Virus record (IMG/VR): IMGVR_UViG_3300037484_001948
Coordinates: 1-31,006 of that record
Direction: 5' to 3' (one strand)
Source: a virus
Taxonomy: Duplodnaviria; Caudoviricetes
Length of the DNA stretch: 31,006 bases
In this document: positions 17,320-25,977 of the stretch, in pieces
Layout: every line of letters begins with the position of its first letter
Position numbering within the stretch: position 1 is the first letter of the stretch
Made by a program: the position numbers and the translations under genes
Notes under the pieces: model-generated
What the model was told of the DNA's origin: nothing
Database searches by the model: none
What the model saw: the letters and a program-made list of their open reading frames with translations, nothing else

Positions 17320-17553
17320 TTAGTCTTTTAATTTAACTTTTATTAATTTAATGTTTCCTGTTTTTTCATAGACCTTATGTAGTAAGTCCATAAACTCCAT
17401 AAAATGCTTTAAAGTATCAGGTGACAACGGATCGGACGATTGTGTAATTTTATAACTCATCAATCCATCCGTATTAAACTCACATTCTCCTTTAATAAAG
17501 ATGTTACCTTCAGTCCCTGCATTAAATTCGTAATTATGAGTATAAATTGACAT
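17320..17553 (-). CDS. hypothetical protein
   Basis: 77-aa ORF packed tightly between neighbours. Confidence 0.6.
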   Translation of the reverse strand: MSIYTHNYEFNAGTEGNIFIKGECEFNTDGLMSYKITQSSDPLSPDTLKHFMEFMDLLHKVYEKTGNIKLIKVKLKD

Positions 17554-17577
17554 AGCTAAATTTGGATTAGTAACTCA

Positions 17578-17612
17578 CACCTGTTCTCCAATCGTCATTG
17601 AAGAACAAAGTG
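17578..17612 (-). other. intergenic long RNA hairpin without U-tract
   Basis: CACTTTGTTCTTCAAT-GACG-ATTGGAGAACAGGTG; the mismatches become G-U pairs on the minus strand. Confidence 0.6.
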
Positions 17613-17624
17613 AATAAATAATTA

Positions 17625-18632
17625 TTAAGTTGATCGACCTGTCAGTGAACCAAATGTTCCAACAGCATCTGTTGACTCCTGATAATTTCCTGCCATAAAC
17701 ATGGTAGCAGGAACGATTCCACCAGAACCTGCTACTTTAAATGTTCCATCATTAGTAGCAAATGCGTTGTTATATAAGATTCCTACAGAACCAGTCAAAG
17801 AAACAAATCTCTTAACTTGTCCTGCTGACAAAGCTGGCATAGCTGAAAAAGTATTATCTCTAATTACTAAGCCATTTACTCCGTCCGAACTTGTATAGAT
17901 GTTTACATCAACATTTGCGGCTGGCCCTGAAAATTCATTATGTTCAATCACCCAATCCTGAGGGATTGAACCACTTGTTCCAACAGATACAATATCTGCC
18001 TCATTTTTATAGAATCGGTTTCCACCGATATATAATTGCCAAGGACCACCGCCTGCGGTTGTATAAATAGCTCCGCCAGTTCTTCCATCATTGGCAGTAA
18101 CTACGCAGTTTTTAAAATGACATCCAACAATGCTTGTTCCAAAAGCTGCTGCTGTTGATCCACCATCATCATACAATCTAACTCCTCCACCCGTTGCGCT
18201 TACTCCATTAATTCCGATATTGGCAATAAGACAACCGGGCGCTTTAACATCAATAACAGGACTAGTTGTGGTCGATCCCACTTTTAATTGCGGAAGTCCA
18301 CCCTGCGTCCTACCTCTTGAAACTCCGATTAATGAAACGCTTGGAGTATCTAAAACAGCGTTTTCAGTATATGAAACTGGGTCAGTTGAAGTTGCAGACA
18401 TTGTTCTTGCCGCAACAAAAATTGTATCGCCCGCTGTTAAAGAAGTGTTATTGGCGGCACTCTCTACATCATAAAAAGCATCTTCCCAAGAAGTACCGCT
18501 TCCATTGGCTGATTTATCTCCGTCTACAAACCAATATTTATTAGTATCATTCATCGAAAATACTCCAGCTAAATCCTCTGGATACCATTTTGCTCCGTAC
18601 TTTACGGCTGGCATAAAATCTCTCGCTTTCAT
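17625..18632 (-). CDS. right-handed beta-helix (pectin-lyase-like) virion protein
   Basis: FVDG...GSGTSWEDAF and AGDTIFV cap motif; repeated I-x-x-N-x-F coils. Confidence 0.7.
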   Translation of the reverse strand: MKARDFMPAVKYGAKWYPEDLAGVFSMNDTNKYWFVDGDKSANGSGTSWEDAFYDVESAANNTSLTAGDTIFVAARTMSATSTDPVSYTENAVLDTPSVSLIGVSRGRTQGGLPQLKVGSTTTSPVIDVKAPGCLIANIGINGVSATGGGVRLYDDGGSTAAAFGTSIVGCHFKNCVVTANDGRTGGAIYTTAGGGPWQLYIGGNRFYKNEADIVSVGTSGSIPQDWVIEHNEFSGPAANVDVNIYTSSDGVNGLVIRDNTFSAMPALSAGQVKRFVSLTGSVGILYNNAFATNDGTFKVAGSGGIVPATMFMAGNYQESTDAVGTFGSLTGRST

Positions 18633-18643
18633 AATATTTTTTT

Positions 18644-18732
18644 AATTCTTTTAGGCTCCTGAATTGATGTAATCTTCTCGTCAACCCTAAAAGGAATTTA
18701 TAATTTGTTGGGGCGGGCTTTTCATCCGCCCC
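18644..18732 (-). other. two intergenic stem-loops between the decoration and beta-helix genes
   Basis: GGGGCGG/CCGCCCC stem at 18710-18732, and CTTTTAGG/CCTAAAAG stem pairing 18644-18655 with 18686-18698. Confidence 0.55.
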
Positions 18733-18746
18733 TTGTTTTTGTATTG

Positions 18747-19484
18747 TTACGGTAAATTCAAGTTAACTGGAATAACCACGCCACTTGAAAGTGCTCTCAT
18801 AGCATGACCGACTGTATTACATTTTCCTGTCCCTGCTACGTTCACTCCAACCGTTCCTGCTGTTGCTCCCGGAACTCCAACATCGCTACCGACTGCGCCT
18901 GTTGAGTTATCTGACAAAATGCCAACTACTCCTTTGGTTTGAACCCATCCATATTCGCCTGAAGCGACTGGATAAATACAAACACCAACTGGAGTACCAG
19001 TTAAGGTTGTTGGACATTTTAAAATTCCACTATAAGGGCTTCTCCTCATGGTTACTTTTGAAGCTGCAACTGTGAGTGCGACCCTAATTGGTCTATCAAG
19101 TTGAAGCGTCAAAGTTGTCCCGCTTGTTGACGTGTCATGTCCAATGATTGTAAATTCCTGTCCCAATCCTGGAGTAACTGACACAGTTGCTGTGCCTCCT
19201 ACAAACTGTCCTGCGGTTACTGATGTCGTACCACTAACAATTTTGAGTTGAGTGTCGCCAATTGCACCTGCAGCGTAAAGAGTCATGCTGTCAAATTGTG
19301 TATCCACAACTGACGATTGCATAATATCTCCAACGACTCCAAGTTCACCAAACAATGCATACCTAAATGCCTTTCCGTATTTTCCCTTTACTTCCTGCCC
19401 CAACTCATAGTTATAGTTTGGTTGAGTGCTTGAGCTGTAAAGATCGGCAGTTCCTATGGTTGCCGTACCTGTTAAATTAGCCAT
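18747..19484 (-). CDS. capsid decoration/cement-like protein
   Basis: Directly after the major capsid gene; GKAFRYA and GEYGWVQTKG motifs. Confidence 0.6.
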   Translation of the reverse strand: MANLTGTATIGTADLYSSSTQPNYNYELGQEVKGKYGKAFRYALFGELGVVGDIMQSSVVDTQFDSMTLYAAGAIGDTQLKIVSGTTSVTAGQFVGGTATVSVTPGLGQEFTIIGHDTSTSGTTLTLQLDRPIRVALTVAASKVTMRRSPYSGILKCPTTLTGTPVGVCIYPVASGEYGWVQTKGVVGILSDNSTGAVGSDVGVPGATAGTVGVNVAGTGKCNTVGHAMRALSSGVVIPVNLNLP

Positions 19485-19517
19485 AATATTTAAAAATTAA
19501 ATTGATAATTAAAAACC

Positions 19518-20615
19518 TTATACTCCCGTAATTCCCGTTAACTTACCCTCACGTCTGAACCCTGAACCAACAACCTGACCGATAACATGGAAACGAGCAA
19601 TCATACCGGCCTGATTTGGGAGCATTTGAGGTTCTTGATAAAACCATCCGTTCCATTCTGAAGGCATATCCATTGCTTCAGCTCCAGTTCCCTCATAAGC
19701 CTTTTTCGTGCCTAAATTGACCTTAGAAACGGCTTCCTTATAATCATCTGGAACTACCGCACGACCTCTCCATTCGTAATAACCCTCGTTAAGAGCATGC
19801 CAATAACCCGAGGTGCAGAAATCATCTTTAATTACCGGTGCGCCTCTATATGAGAGTGCAGTAAAGCCTGCCGCATTCCGTAATTCTGCCTTGTTTCTGA
19901 CTAACCCTTTGCCACGAATGGCTAAAGCGTTATAACCAGCCTCGTTATATGAAGCTCTAACGTTTGGAGTTAACAGTTGCTCGTATAAGCTCCAAACAGT
20001 TTTTGTAGTGTCATGGATATTCGGTTCATCGTTAGCAATTCCGGCAGCTGATACTGCGTCATGTAATGTTGCTAATTTTGCCAAAGTCAAAGTTCCTCCT
20101 GCTGAGGTAACTGTGGCATTCAAAACCGAATAGGTTGTCCTTGATTGGCCACCGATTGATCCTGAGTCAAGAACAATGTTACCAAGACCATTTGGCCTGT
20201 TGGCCGTTCCATCAAGATAGACTGTTGATCCAAACTTTTGGAGAGCCTCAGCCGCAGCCTTCTCATACTTGAAAGCATCAAGTGGAATAGTTGCAGTTGA
20301 ACCAGTGTTGGCAAAACTCTCCAACATGATGGAAACTTTAGGCTGTGTGAATGCAGTGTGAGCATAAGACAAGGTGATTGTCGTACTAACTGCCGCTGAA
20401 TTGAGAGTTTCCAAGCCTGTATAAAACTCTCCTTGAGTATCAGAAACCACATCAATCTCCACATCCTCGGTTTTACCCAAGAATGGTTTACCCATACCTA
20501 ACACTCGTGAAAAATAGGTAGGTGCGCTGAGAACGTTATCAACGACTTTTGCATGGAGTTTACGTTCATTAAAACCCTCTACTCTTTGACCATGCTGTAT
20601 TCCGTCATAAGCCAT
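19518..20615 (-). CDS. major capsid protein
   Basis: 365 aa after portal and scaffold; YLDGTANRPNGLGNIV...GGQSRTTY, LTLAKL and YRGAPVIKD features of HK97-fold capsids. Confidence 0.8.
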   Translation of the reverse strand: MAYDGIQHGQRVEGFNERKLHAKVVDNVLSAPTYFSRVLGMGKPFLGKTEDVEIDVVSDTQGEFYTGLETLNSAAVSTTITLSYAHTAFTQPKVSIMLESFANTGSTATIPLDAFKYEKAAAEALQKFGSTVYLDGTANRPNGLGNIVLDSGSIGGQSRTTYSVLNATVTSAGGTLTLAKLATLHDAVSAAGIANDEPNIHDTTKTVWSLYEQLLTPNVRASYNEAGYNALAIRGKGLVRNKAELRNAAGFTALSYRGAPVIKDDFCTSGYWHALNEGYYEWRGRAVVPDDYKEAVSKVNLGTKKAYEGTGAEAMDMPSEWNGWFYQEPQMLPNQAGMIARFHVIGQVVGSGFRREGKLTGITGV

Positions 20616-20735
20616 AAGATTAAAAATTAATTAATAAAAAAACCCGCCACGATGGGCGGGTTAAATTACCCTAAATACTAAAAAAGGCCACCCTTGTTGG
20701 GCGGCCTAAATTTGACCTATACTTAAATTATACCA
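20616..20735 (-). promoter_or_regulatory. tandem promoter-attenuator cassette E6a+E6b
   Basis: TGgTATAAT-ttaagtat-aGGTC AAATTTA GGCCgccc-aacaa-GGGTGGCC-U6-agtattt-aGGGT AATTTA ACCCgcc-catcgt-GGCGGG-U7...ATG. Confidence 0.85.
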
Positions 20736-20753
20736 CAGACGCCTTTTATCAAA

Positions 20754-21587
20754 TTATTTTTCTAAAGCTATATCGACAAATGATTTTTCCCCTGATTTTC
20801 CGTGAACGTCCAAATAGCTGTAATCGTCATCATTTTTAGATGGAGGAGTACCGCCTCCGCCTGGGGATACCGGCGCATCATCTCCTGCTGGTTGATCTGG
20901 AGCTTGGTAATGCTCGTAAAATATCTCTTTTATTGAAGTGATAGCAGTTTTACCTTCTGTAATACGCTTTTTATTGACCTCCATCATTGTTTCAAACAGT
21001 TTCTTTCTGCAAACTAAGCCATAATCGTTCTTATCATCTTTATCCTTAATCCTAGGCAGTTTATTGGCTGCATGTAAATCTTCAAGCTGTTCGTCTATAT
21101 ATTTATTAAAGGCTTTTTTGTAGTTTTCCTGATATTCTTTAGTTTTTGTTTCCTTCTCTTTATTGGCTTTTTCTTCTACTTCTTTTGTCCGTCTATCCAA
21201 TATTTCTTTTTTCTTAACACTCCAATCGGCAATTTCATCATAATCTTTAGGATTTCTGTTTTCTTTTTTCCAAGGTGACACAAGCTCTTGGTCAGGATCA
21301 TCTTTGTCTTTATCTTCGCCAACCAAAGCTCTGACTATCTTCTCAGTTGTTGCATGTGATATATCCTCTTTTAATTTTTCTGGATCAATTGCGGGCTTTT
21401 CAGGTTCTTTTTCCAGTTCTTCTTTATCTTTCAGCGGGGTTTTCTTATCCTCGTCTTCAGAAGGGGTTTCTTTATCGTCTTTTGGAGTTTCTGGAGTTTC
21501 CTCAATAAATTCTGCAGCCTGACCTTCTCTGATTTTATTAACTTCCTCTACTGCTGTAGGTTGTTTTTCTTCCTTTTTTTTCGCCAT
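20754..21587 (-). CDS. capsid scaffolding protein
   Basis: Highly charged helical protein between portal and capsid genes. Confidence 0.65.
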   Translation of the reverse strand: MAKKKEEKQPTAVEEVNKIREGQAAEFIEETPETPKDDKETPSEDEDKKTPLKDKEELEKEPEKPAIDPEKLKEDISHATTEKIVRALVGEDKDKDDPDQELVSPWKKENRNPKDYDEIADWSVKKKEILDRRTKEVEEKANKEKETKTKEYQENYKKAFNKYIDEQLEDLHAANKLPRIKDKDDKNDYGLVCRKKLFETMMEVNKKRITEGKTAITSIKEIFYEHYQAPDQPAGDDAPVSPGGGGTPPSKNDDDYSYLDVHGKSGEKSFVDIALEK

Positions 21588-21654
21588 AACTTTGGTTAAA
21601 AAATAATAATAGTAAATTCCTTACTTATAATATAATTATAGATTTTGCGCTTTT

Positions 21655-23664
21655 TTACATCATTCTCGGACTACCTGCTGGTGGTCCTGTTGGTATAGCG
21701 GGAACTCCTGACGTATTTTGCGGTGATGGTATGGTAGGTGCTGCGCCTCCTGTGGGTGCCGGTGCGACTGATGCAACAGGTGGAGTTGGCGGTTGGGCTG
21801 CTAAATTCATTGCTAAAGCCTGTGCTGATCCGCCTTTGTTTAATATATATTGAGCCATATAATTTGCAGGCATTGCTTGGAAGGTAAGTAATCTTTCTGC
21901 TCTGCCTACTGGATCAGGTAAACCTAAGTCCTCAAATAACGATACAGGATCAATCATTTGCATTTTAGCAAGTTCTAGCGCATTTCTTTGTGCTTTGAGT
22001 TTGTCTGTTCCTGACGCTTTAATCATTACTTCCATCCCGTCCTCGATCATATCGTGGCATACTTTGACAAACGTTATTTCTCCTTTTGCTCCAAGTATCT
22101 TTCTAAAGTGGTTTTCCGTATAGCGGAGTTTAATCATGTGCAAATCCCAGTCTGCAATCCACTCACAGGCTGCATTAATCGTATCCTCAACCAAGTCATC
22201 TGCTCTAGTGAAGTTGTTTTCTCTAGCTATCTGGTTATTGGTTGCAACATCTGATTGTAACTCACCCCTTACGGCTGTTGCTCCTGCCACTCCATACATT
22301 CTTTCCCTGGTATCATTTAAGTCCTTAAACTCCTGAGCTGATGGCTGTTCCGGTCTGATCTCGCCATGAACCTTACTGACGTCACCATCAACCAATAAAT
22401 CCTGTTTAGGATCGTCCAAGTCCATATTCTCAATATCGTCAGCCTTAAGTCCTGATTCTTTTGAGAATATGTGCTTAATTCTTTGGGCAAGTTTATCGAG
22501 TATTGACTTACCACGTTTGTCAAGGTTTTCCTGATTTCTTGTGTTCTGTTCAATACGTGAGGTTTCGTCATATGCTATTTTATGCCACTGATCGTAACCC
22601 ATAAAAAAGTAAGGTTTTCTAGGCCTACTAAAATAATTTCTATAGACCATCTCCTCACTTATTCCTTGAGGTGTTTGGCCTGTCATTACAGCCATCATTA
22701 TTTCTTCTTCAGAAATTTCTCGTTTAGTTGACTCATCTGACGGATCTTCCAGCATAAAATATTTTTTCTCACCTTCATAATCAAAGTTCGGGTTCTTCAT
22801 CTTCTCCAAAACAACAGTGTCATATTTCCATAAGACCGCCGTTATCTTCTCATACTCTTGTTTACCCTCTTTGTCTTTTCCTTTCTTCTCCTTATACCAG
22901 TCAAACCAAACCTCTTTTATTTTAATCTCGGTTGCCATCTCTGACTTTTCAGGCTCACCATCTTTATTGGTAATTACTCCCTGATCCCTTAGTTTTTTAA
23001 TTAATTCATCTTTTTTCTTGGGAAACTTCAAAACACACTCTTCAACTGTAATAGGAATCGTTTGTGCTATCCACTTCATCTTATCTGCATCATTTATTGG
23101 GCAAGTCTGATCTAAATCAATAAAATCAGGATGTACTACCTCAAAGATAAAATCATCAAGCTCCTTGTCCCATTTGACTTTAATTACTCCAGTAAAGTAA
23201 GCGGGCAGATGTTTAAAAGCTACCCCTAAAACTGTTCTCGTGTTTCTTTTTTTTATGTCTGTGTCAATCACTTTTGATACGTCTTTAGCAATAGTCTTTG
23301 ACTCTTCAGTGTTGTTGCCTGGAGTTACAATCATGTCAGGTAAGCGGGACATAGCCAGAGGCTTAATAGAGGCTTCGGTTTCGTATATTACATTGTCTAA
23401 ATATTTTGCCTCGTACTTTTTTAGATCGTCCTCATTGATTTGACGTCCAAATAAAAACTTCTCATTCTTTTCTCTGCGTTCATAAAGTTTGTATTTATCC
23501 TTAAAAAACTTACGGGAGTCTTTTATCCTTTTATCAATAATATCTGTTAAGTCTTTGTCTGGGATGTCAAGAGAAAGAGGAGAGGCTTTTTCAACTATTC
23601 CATCGTCATTTATCTGCTTATTATCAACTAGTTGTTGGTTTGTTGGAGATTCATTATCTGCCAT
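21655..23664 (-). CDS. portal protein (podovirus/P22-like size)
   Basis: 669 aa downstream of the terminase; helical, with GVIKVKWD and a Pro-rich tail. Confidence 0.8.
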   Translation of the reverse strand: MADNESPTNQQLVDNKQINDDGIVEKASPLSLDIPDKDLTDIIDKRIKDSRKFFKDKYKLYERREKNEKFLFGRQINEDDLKKYEAKYLDNVIYETEASIKPLAMSRLPDMIVTPGNNTEESKTIAKDVSKVIDTDIKKRNTRTVLGVAFKHLPAYFTGVIKVKWDKELDDFIFEVVHPDFIDLDQTCPINDADKMKWIAQTIPITVEECVLKFPKKKDELIKKLRDQGVITNKDGEPEKSEMATEIKIKEVWFDWYKEKKGKDKEGKQEYEKITAVLWKYDTVVLEKMKNPNFDYEGEKKYFMLEDPSDESTKREISEEEIMMAVMTGQTPQGISEEMVYRNYFSRPRKPYFFMGYDQWHKIAYDETSRIEQNTRNQENLDKRGKSILDKLAQRIKHIFSKESGLKADDIENMDLDDPKQDLLVDGDVSKVHGEIRPEQPSAQEFKDLNDTRERMYGVAGATAVRGELQSDVATNNQIARENNFTRADDLVEDTINAACEWIADWDLHMIKLRYTENHFRKILGAKGEITFVKVCHDMIEDGMEVMIKASGTDKLKAQRNALELAKMQMIDPVSLFEDLGLPDPVGRAERLLTFQAMPANYMAQYILNKGGSAQALAMNLAAQPPTPPVASVAPAPTGGAAPTIPSPQNTSGVPAIPTGPPAGSPRMM

Positions 23665-23725
23665 ATAACAAAAAAACCCCGCACGTCATGCGGGGTTAAA
23701 TTACCCTAACAATTTAATTATATCA
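23665..23725 (-). promoter_or_regulatory. promoter-attenuator cassette E7
   Basis: TGaTATAAT-taaattgtt-aGGGT AATTTA ACCCcgca-tgacg-TGCGGGG-U7-gttat-ATG. Confidence 0.88.
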
Positions 23726-23727
23726 CG

Positions 23728-23973
23728 TTACACTATTGCTTGGATAGAGTATAGTATCTTACAATTAGGACACTTGATATAAATAGGCAATGGTACGGCG
23801 GATCTACCAGGCATGATAGAACATACATGACCCTGATACTGGGCTATCGGGTTCTGGCAGTTATAGCAGAAAAACATCTTTAGTTTAGCTCCCTCTGGAT
23901 CGTCAAGATCGTGGGCCAGGGTAACGTGAGTAACTTGAAGCTCTCTAATTTCATTTCTTATTACTACCTTCAT
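23728..23973 (-). CDS. Zn-finger protein, Mu Com-like (candidate RNA-binding regulator)
   Basis: FCYNCQNPI...IYIKCPNCK has two CxxC pairs in the Com-like pattern. Confidence 0.6.
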   Translation of the reverse strand: MKVVIRNEIRELQVTHVTLAHDLDDPEGAKLKMFFCYNCQNPIAQYQGHVCSIMPGRSAVPLPIYIKCPNCKILYSIQAIV

Positions 23974-23989
23974 TAATTATATTTTACGT

Positions 23990-25528
23990 TTAGCGCCTTT
24001 TTTTCCATGCGGTAGCAAACTTATCTAAGTCTAATGCTACCTGCCGTCCGTCTTTCATAACGGCAGTTGATAATATCTTCTTTTTCTCGGTGTGGCCTAT
24101 GCCGCCTATTCGAGCATCTATCCATTTAATATGTTTAACAATATATCTTAACGTGTCGCCACAATGATCATCTACACCAGGTTGGTCATCAACGTCTTCG
24201 GGGTATGTTTCATCGTGCATAAGTTCTGGTAGTGATCTTATTGTATTGACGCAGTTTTCACCAATTATTAGATAAGGAAGCCCGTCTGGAGCTAATGTCA
24301 GCCAATTATATAATAATGCCCATCCTGATATGCGGTCATTATCGGCAGGTTTCAATATATAAGCGTAATCGCCAAATATCTCACGATAATCAGCAATCAT
24401 CTTTTTGCCATCCTCTTTCTCTTTATCCATTGAGGGATCGTACCTCATCTGTATATATTCAGCAAGGTTGACCGACTCTTTTATTTTATTTGCTTGGTCT
24501 GTTAGGCTTAATTTTGTTTGATATATCTCCTTATAAAACCATAATCTGTTGAAATAAGAGTCTTCATATCTAACCTTCTGTAAGGCAGCTCCTAAAAATG
24601 CAAATGGGTCTTTTCTCCCATAGTCAATTCCTCCAACTTTACTAAGTTCTGGTTTAGGAATGAAGGGTGGACAGGTATGGATGCTTGTTCGCCATATATC
24701 AAAAAACTGTCCGGCAGCCACATCCCAATCACCCTCCAGAAGCATCCTTTTATTCATCACATTAGTTGACAGACGACTGGCATATTCAGGGTCTCTTTTT
24801 GCCAATATTTTGTTGTCACTAAGTTCCGATGGAATAAATATATGTGTTCTTACCTGTCCTGTTTCATAGGTATAGGGGTGTACTTTTTCTGGTTCACCTA
24901 TTTTAATAAACCTTACTTTATGAGCTCCATGTCCGACATTTCCTGGATTTGAAGCAAGGGCGGTAAAGGGCCTAAATGTTGGATAATCAACAGTCGCCCT
25001 ATTTCTGGTTATCAAGTAATCAATCATCTCAACCAAAAATTGGGTTGACTCATCAATAAGAAGAATGTCAAACTGCCATGATTGATAGTTATATATGTCT
25101 TTGGCGTCTTTACAATGGCAAAACTGAAGAAGGGAGCCGTTTGGATATTTCCACCGATGTTTCTGCTCGTTATATTTGGCAACTGGTGTCAATATCTCAA
25201 GAGAACGCTGGATAGCGCCACCTGCTCCCTCAAGTTGTGGAAATTCACGTCTAAAATACCCTACGTTGAGTTTAGGATAAGCCAGACATCCAACAAAACC
25301 CATTGCAAGTAAAGTATCGGTTTTTCCTCCTCCGGCTTGTCCTCCGTAGAAGATGACGTCAGCTATTGACTTGTGAAATAGCTCACCTTTTGATCCTGAC
25401 GGACGAAGTTCTAAATTTACATCAAATGGCTCAGATAGACCACCAGCATTGAGTGCAGTTAGTTGTCTTTCTTGAGGTTCCCAGTTAATCTCAATAATCT
25501 TTTCATTCACTTTTGCGTTTAAAAACAA
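23990..25528 (-). CDS. terL: terminase large subunit
   Basis: Walker A GGQAGGGKT, Walker B LLIDE, SNPG coupling motif, nuclease GIDYG and DDHCGDTLRY. The start may be GTG 25510. Confidence 0.95.
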   Translation of the reverse strand: MFLNAKVNEKIIEINWEPQERQLTALNAGGLSEPFDVNLELRPSGSKGELFHKSIADVIFYGGQAGGGKTDTLLAMGFVGCLAYPKLNVGYFRREFPQLEGAGGAIQRSLEILTPVAKYNEQKHRWKYPNGSLLQFCHCKDAKDIYNYQSWQFDILLIDESTQFLVEMIDYLITRNRATVDYPTFRPFTALASNPGNVGHGAHKVRFIKIGEPEKVHPYTYETGQVRTHIFIPSELSDNKILAKRDPEYASRLSTNVMNKRMLLEGDWDVAAGQFFDIWRTSIHTCPPFIPKPELSKVGGIDYGRKDPFAFLGAALQKVRYEDSYFNRLWFYKEIYQTKLSLTDQANKIKESVNLAEYIQMRYDPSMDKEKEDGKKMIADYREIFGDYAYILKPADNDRISGWALLYNWLTLAPDGLPYLIIGENCVNTIRSLPELMHDETYPEDVDDQPGVDDHCGDTLRYIVKHIKWIDARIGGIGHTEKKKILSTAVMKDGRQVALDLDKFATAWKKRR

Positions 25529-25976
25529 CTGTTACTGATTGCACGCTTCCATCTTCTAATGGTAAATTTAATTTATTATCTAGTCTCTTTTTTAGCTTTA
25601 ATGCCGTTTCCAAATACTTATGCCTTATTGCAAAATCAGGAACGTCAATAAAATCTACATCTCTTGCTGTTGCTGACTTAGTTTTAACTTTTGGATCATT
25701 GCTTTTTACAATAACTTGTGCTGATATGGTTCTGTTGGCGTCAAGTCCCTCAAGTATTTTTTGTTGAAGCAATCTATCTGTTATTCCTGCTTCCTCCATA
25801 AAGTCCGTATAATCTAGTTTTCTCACGTTTTCCCATCCAATATTTGCTGCTGACTCTCTATCTTTGCAATTATATACTTGCGTTGCAGCTTCCGTAGCAT
25901 TACCACACTCTAAATATATCCTTAACCACTTGCGCTGTTTAAAAGTTAATTTTTTATCTTCTTTTTGATCGGTCAT
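25503..25976 (-). CDS. terS: terminase small subunit
   Basis: LTFKQRKW...GNATEAA...AANIGWENVRK HTH; directly upstream of terL. Confidence 0.85.
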   Translation of the reverse strand: MTDQKEDKKLTFKQRKWLRIYLECGNATEAATQVYNCKDRESAANIGWENVRKLDYTDFMEEAGITDRLLQQKILEGLDANRTISAQVIVKSNDPKVKTKSATARDVDFIDVPDFAIRHKYLETALKLKKRLDNKLNLPLEDGSVQSVTVVFKRKSE

Positions 25977-25977
25977 A

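Noticed and set aside
23697-23716. TAAATT...AATTTA inverted repeat as a DNA operator explaining the box
   Set aside because: It is present in E4, E5 and E7, but with variable spacing, and is absent from E1 and E6. RNA stem covariation explains all copies better, though a DNA role is not fully excluded.
3212-23725. Repeated hairpin elements as a CRISPR array, REP or MITE family
   Set aside because: They are dispersed singly, the stems differ in sequence, there are no spacers, cas genes or target duplications, and each is tied to a promoter and start codon.
3212-23725. Hairpins as plain end-of-operon terminators only
   Set aside because: Each lies downstream of a consensus -10 and hugs the next ATG, with a covarying competing stem. 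They may still also stop upstream read-through.
25370-25450. Intein or intron in terL
   Set aside because: There is only a short extra segment before Walker A; no intein terminal motifs are seen and the protein is of normal length.
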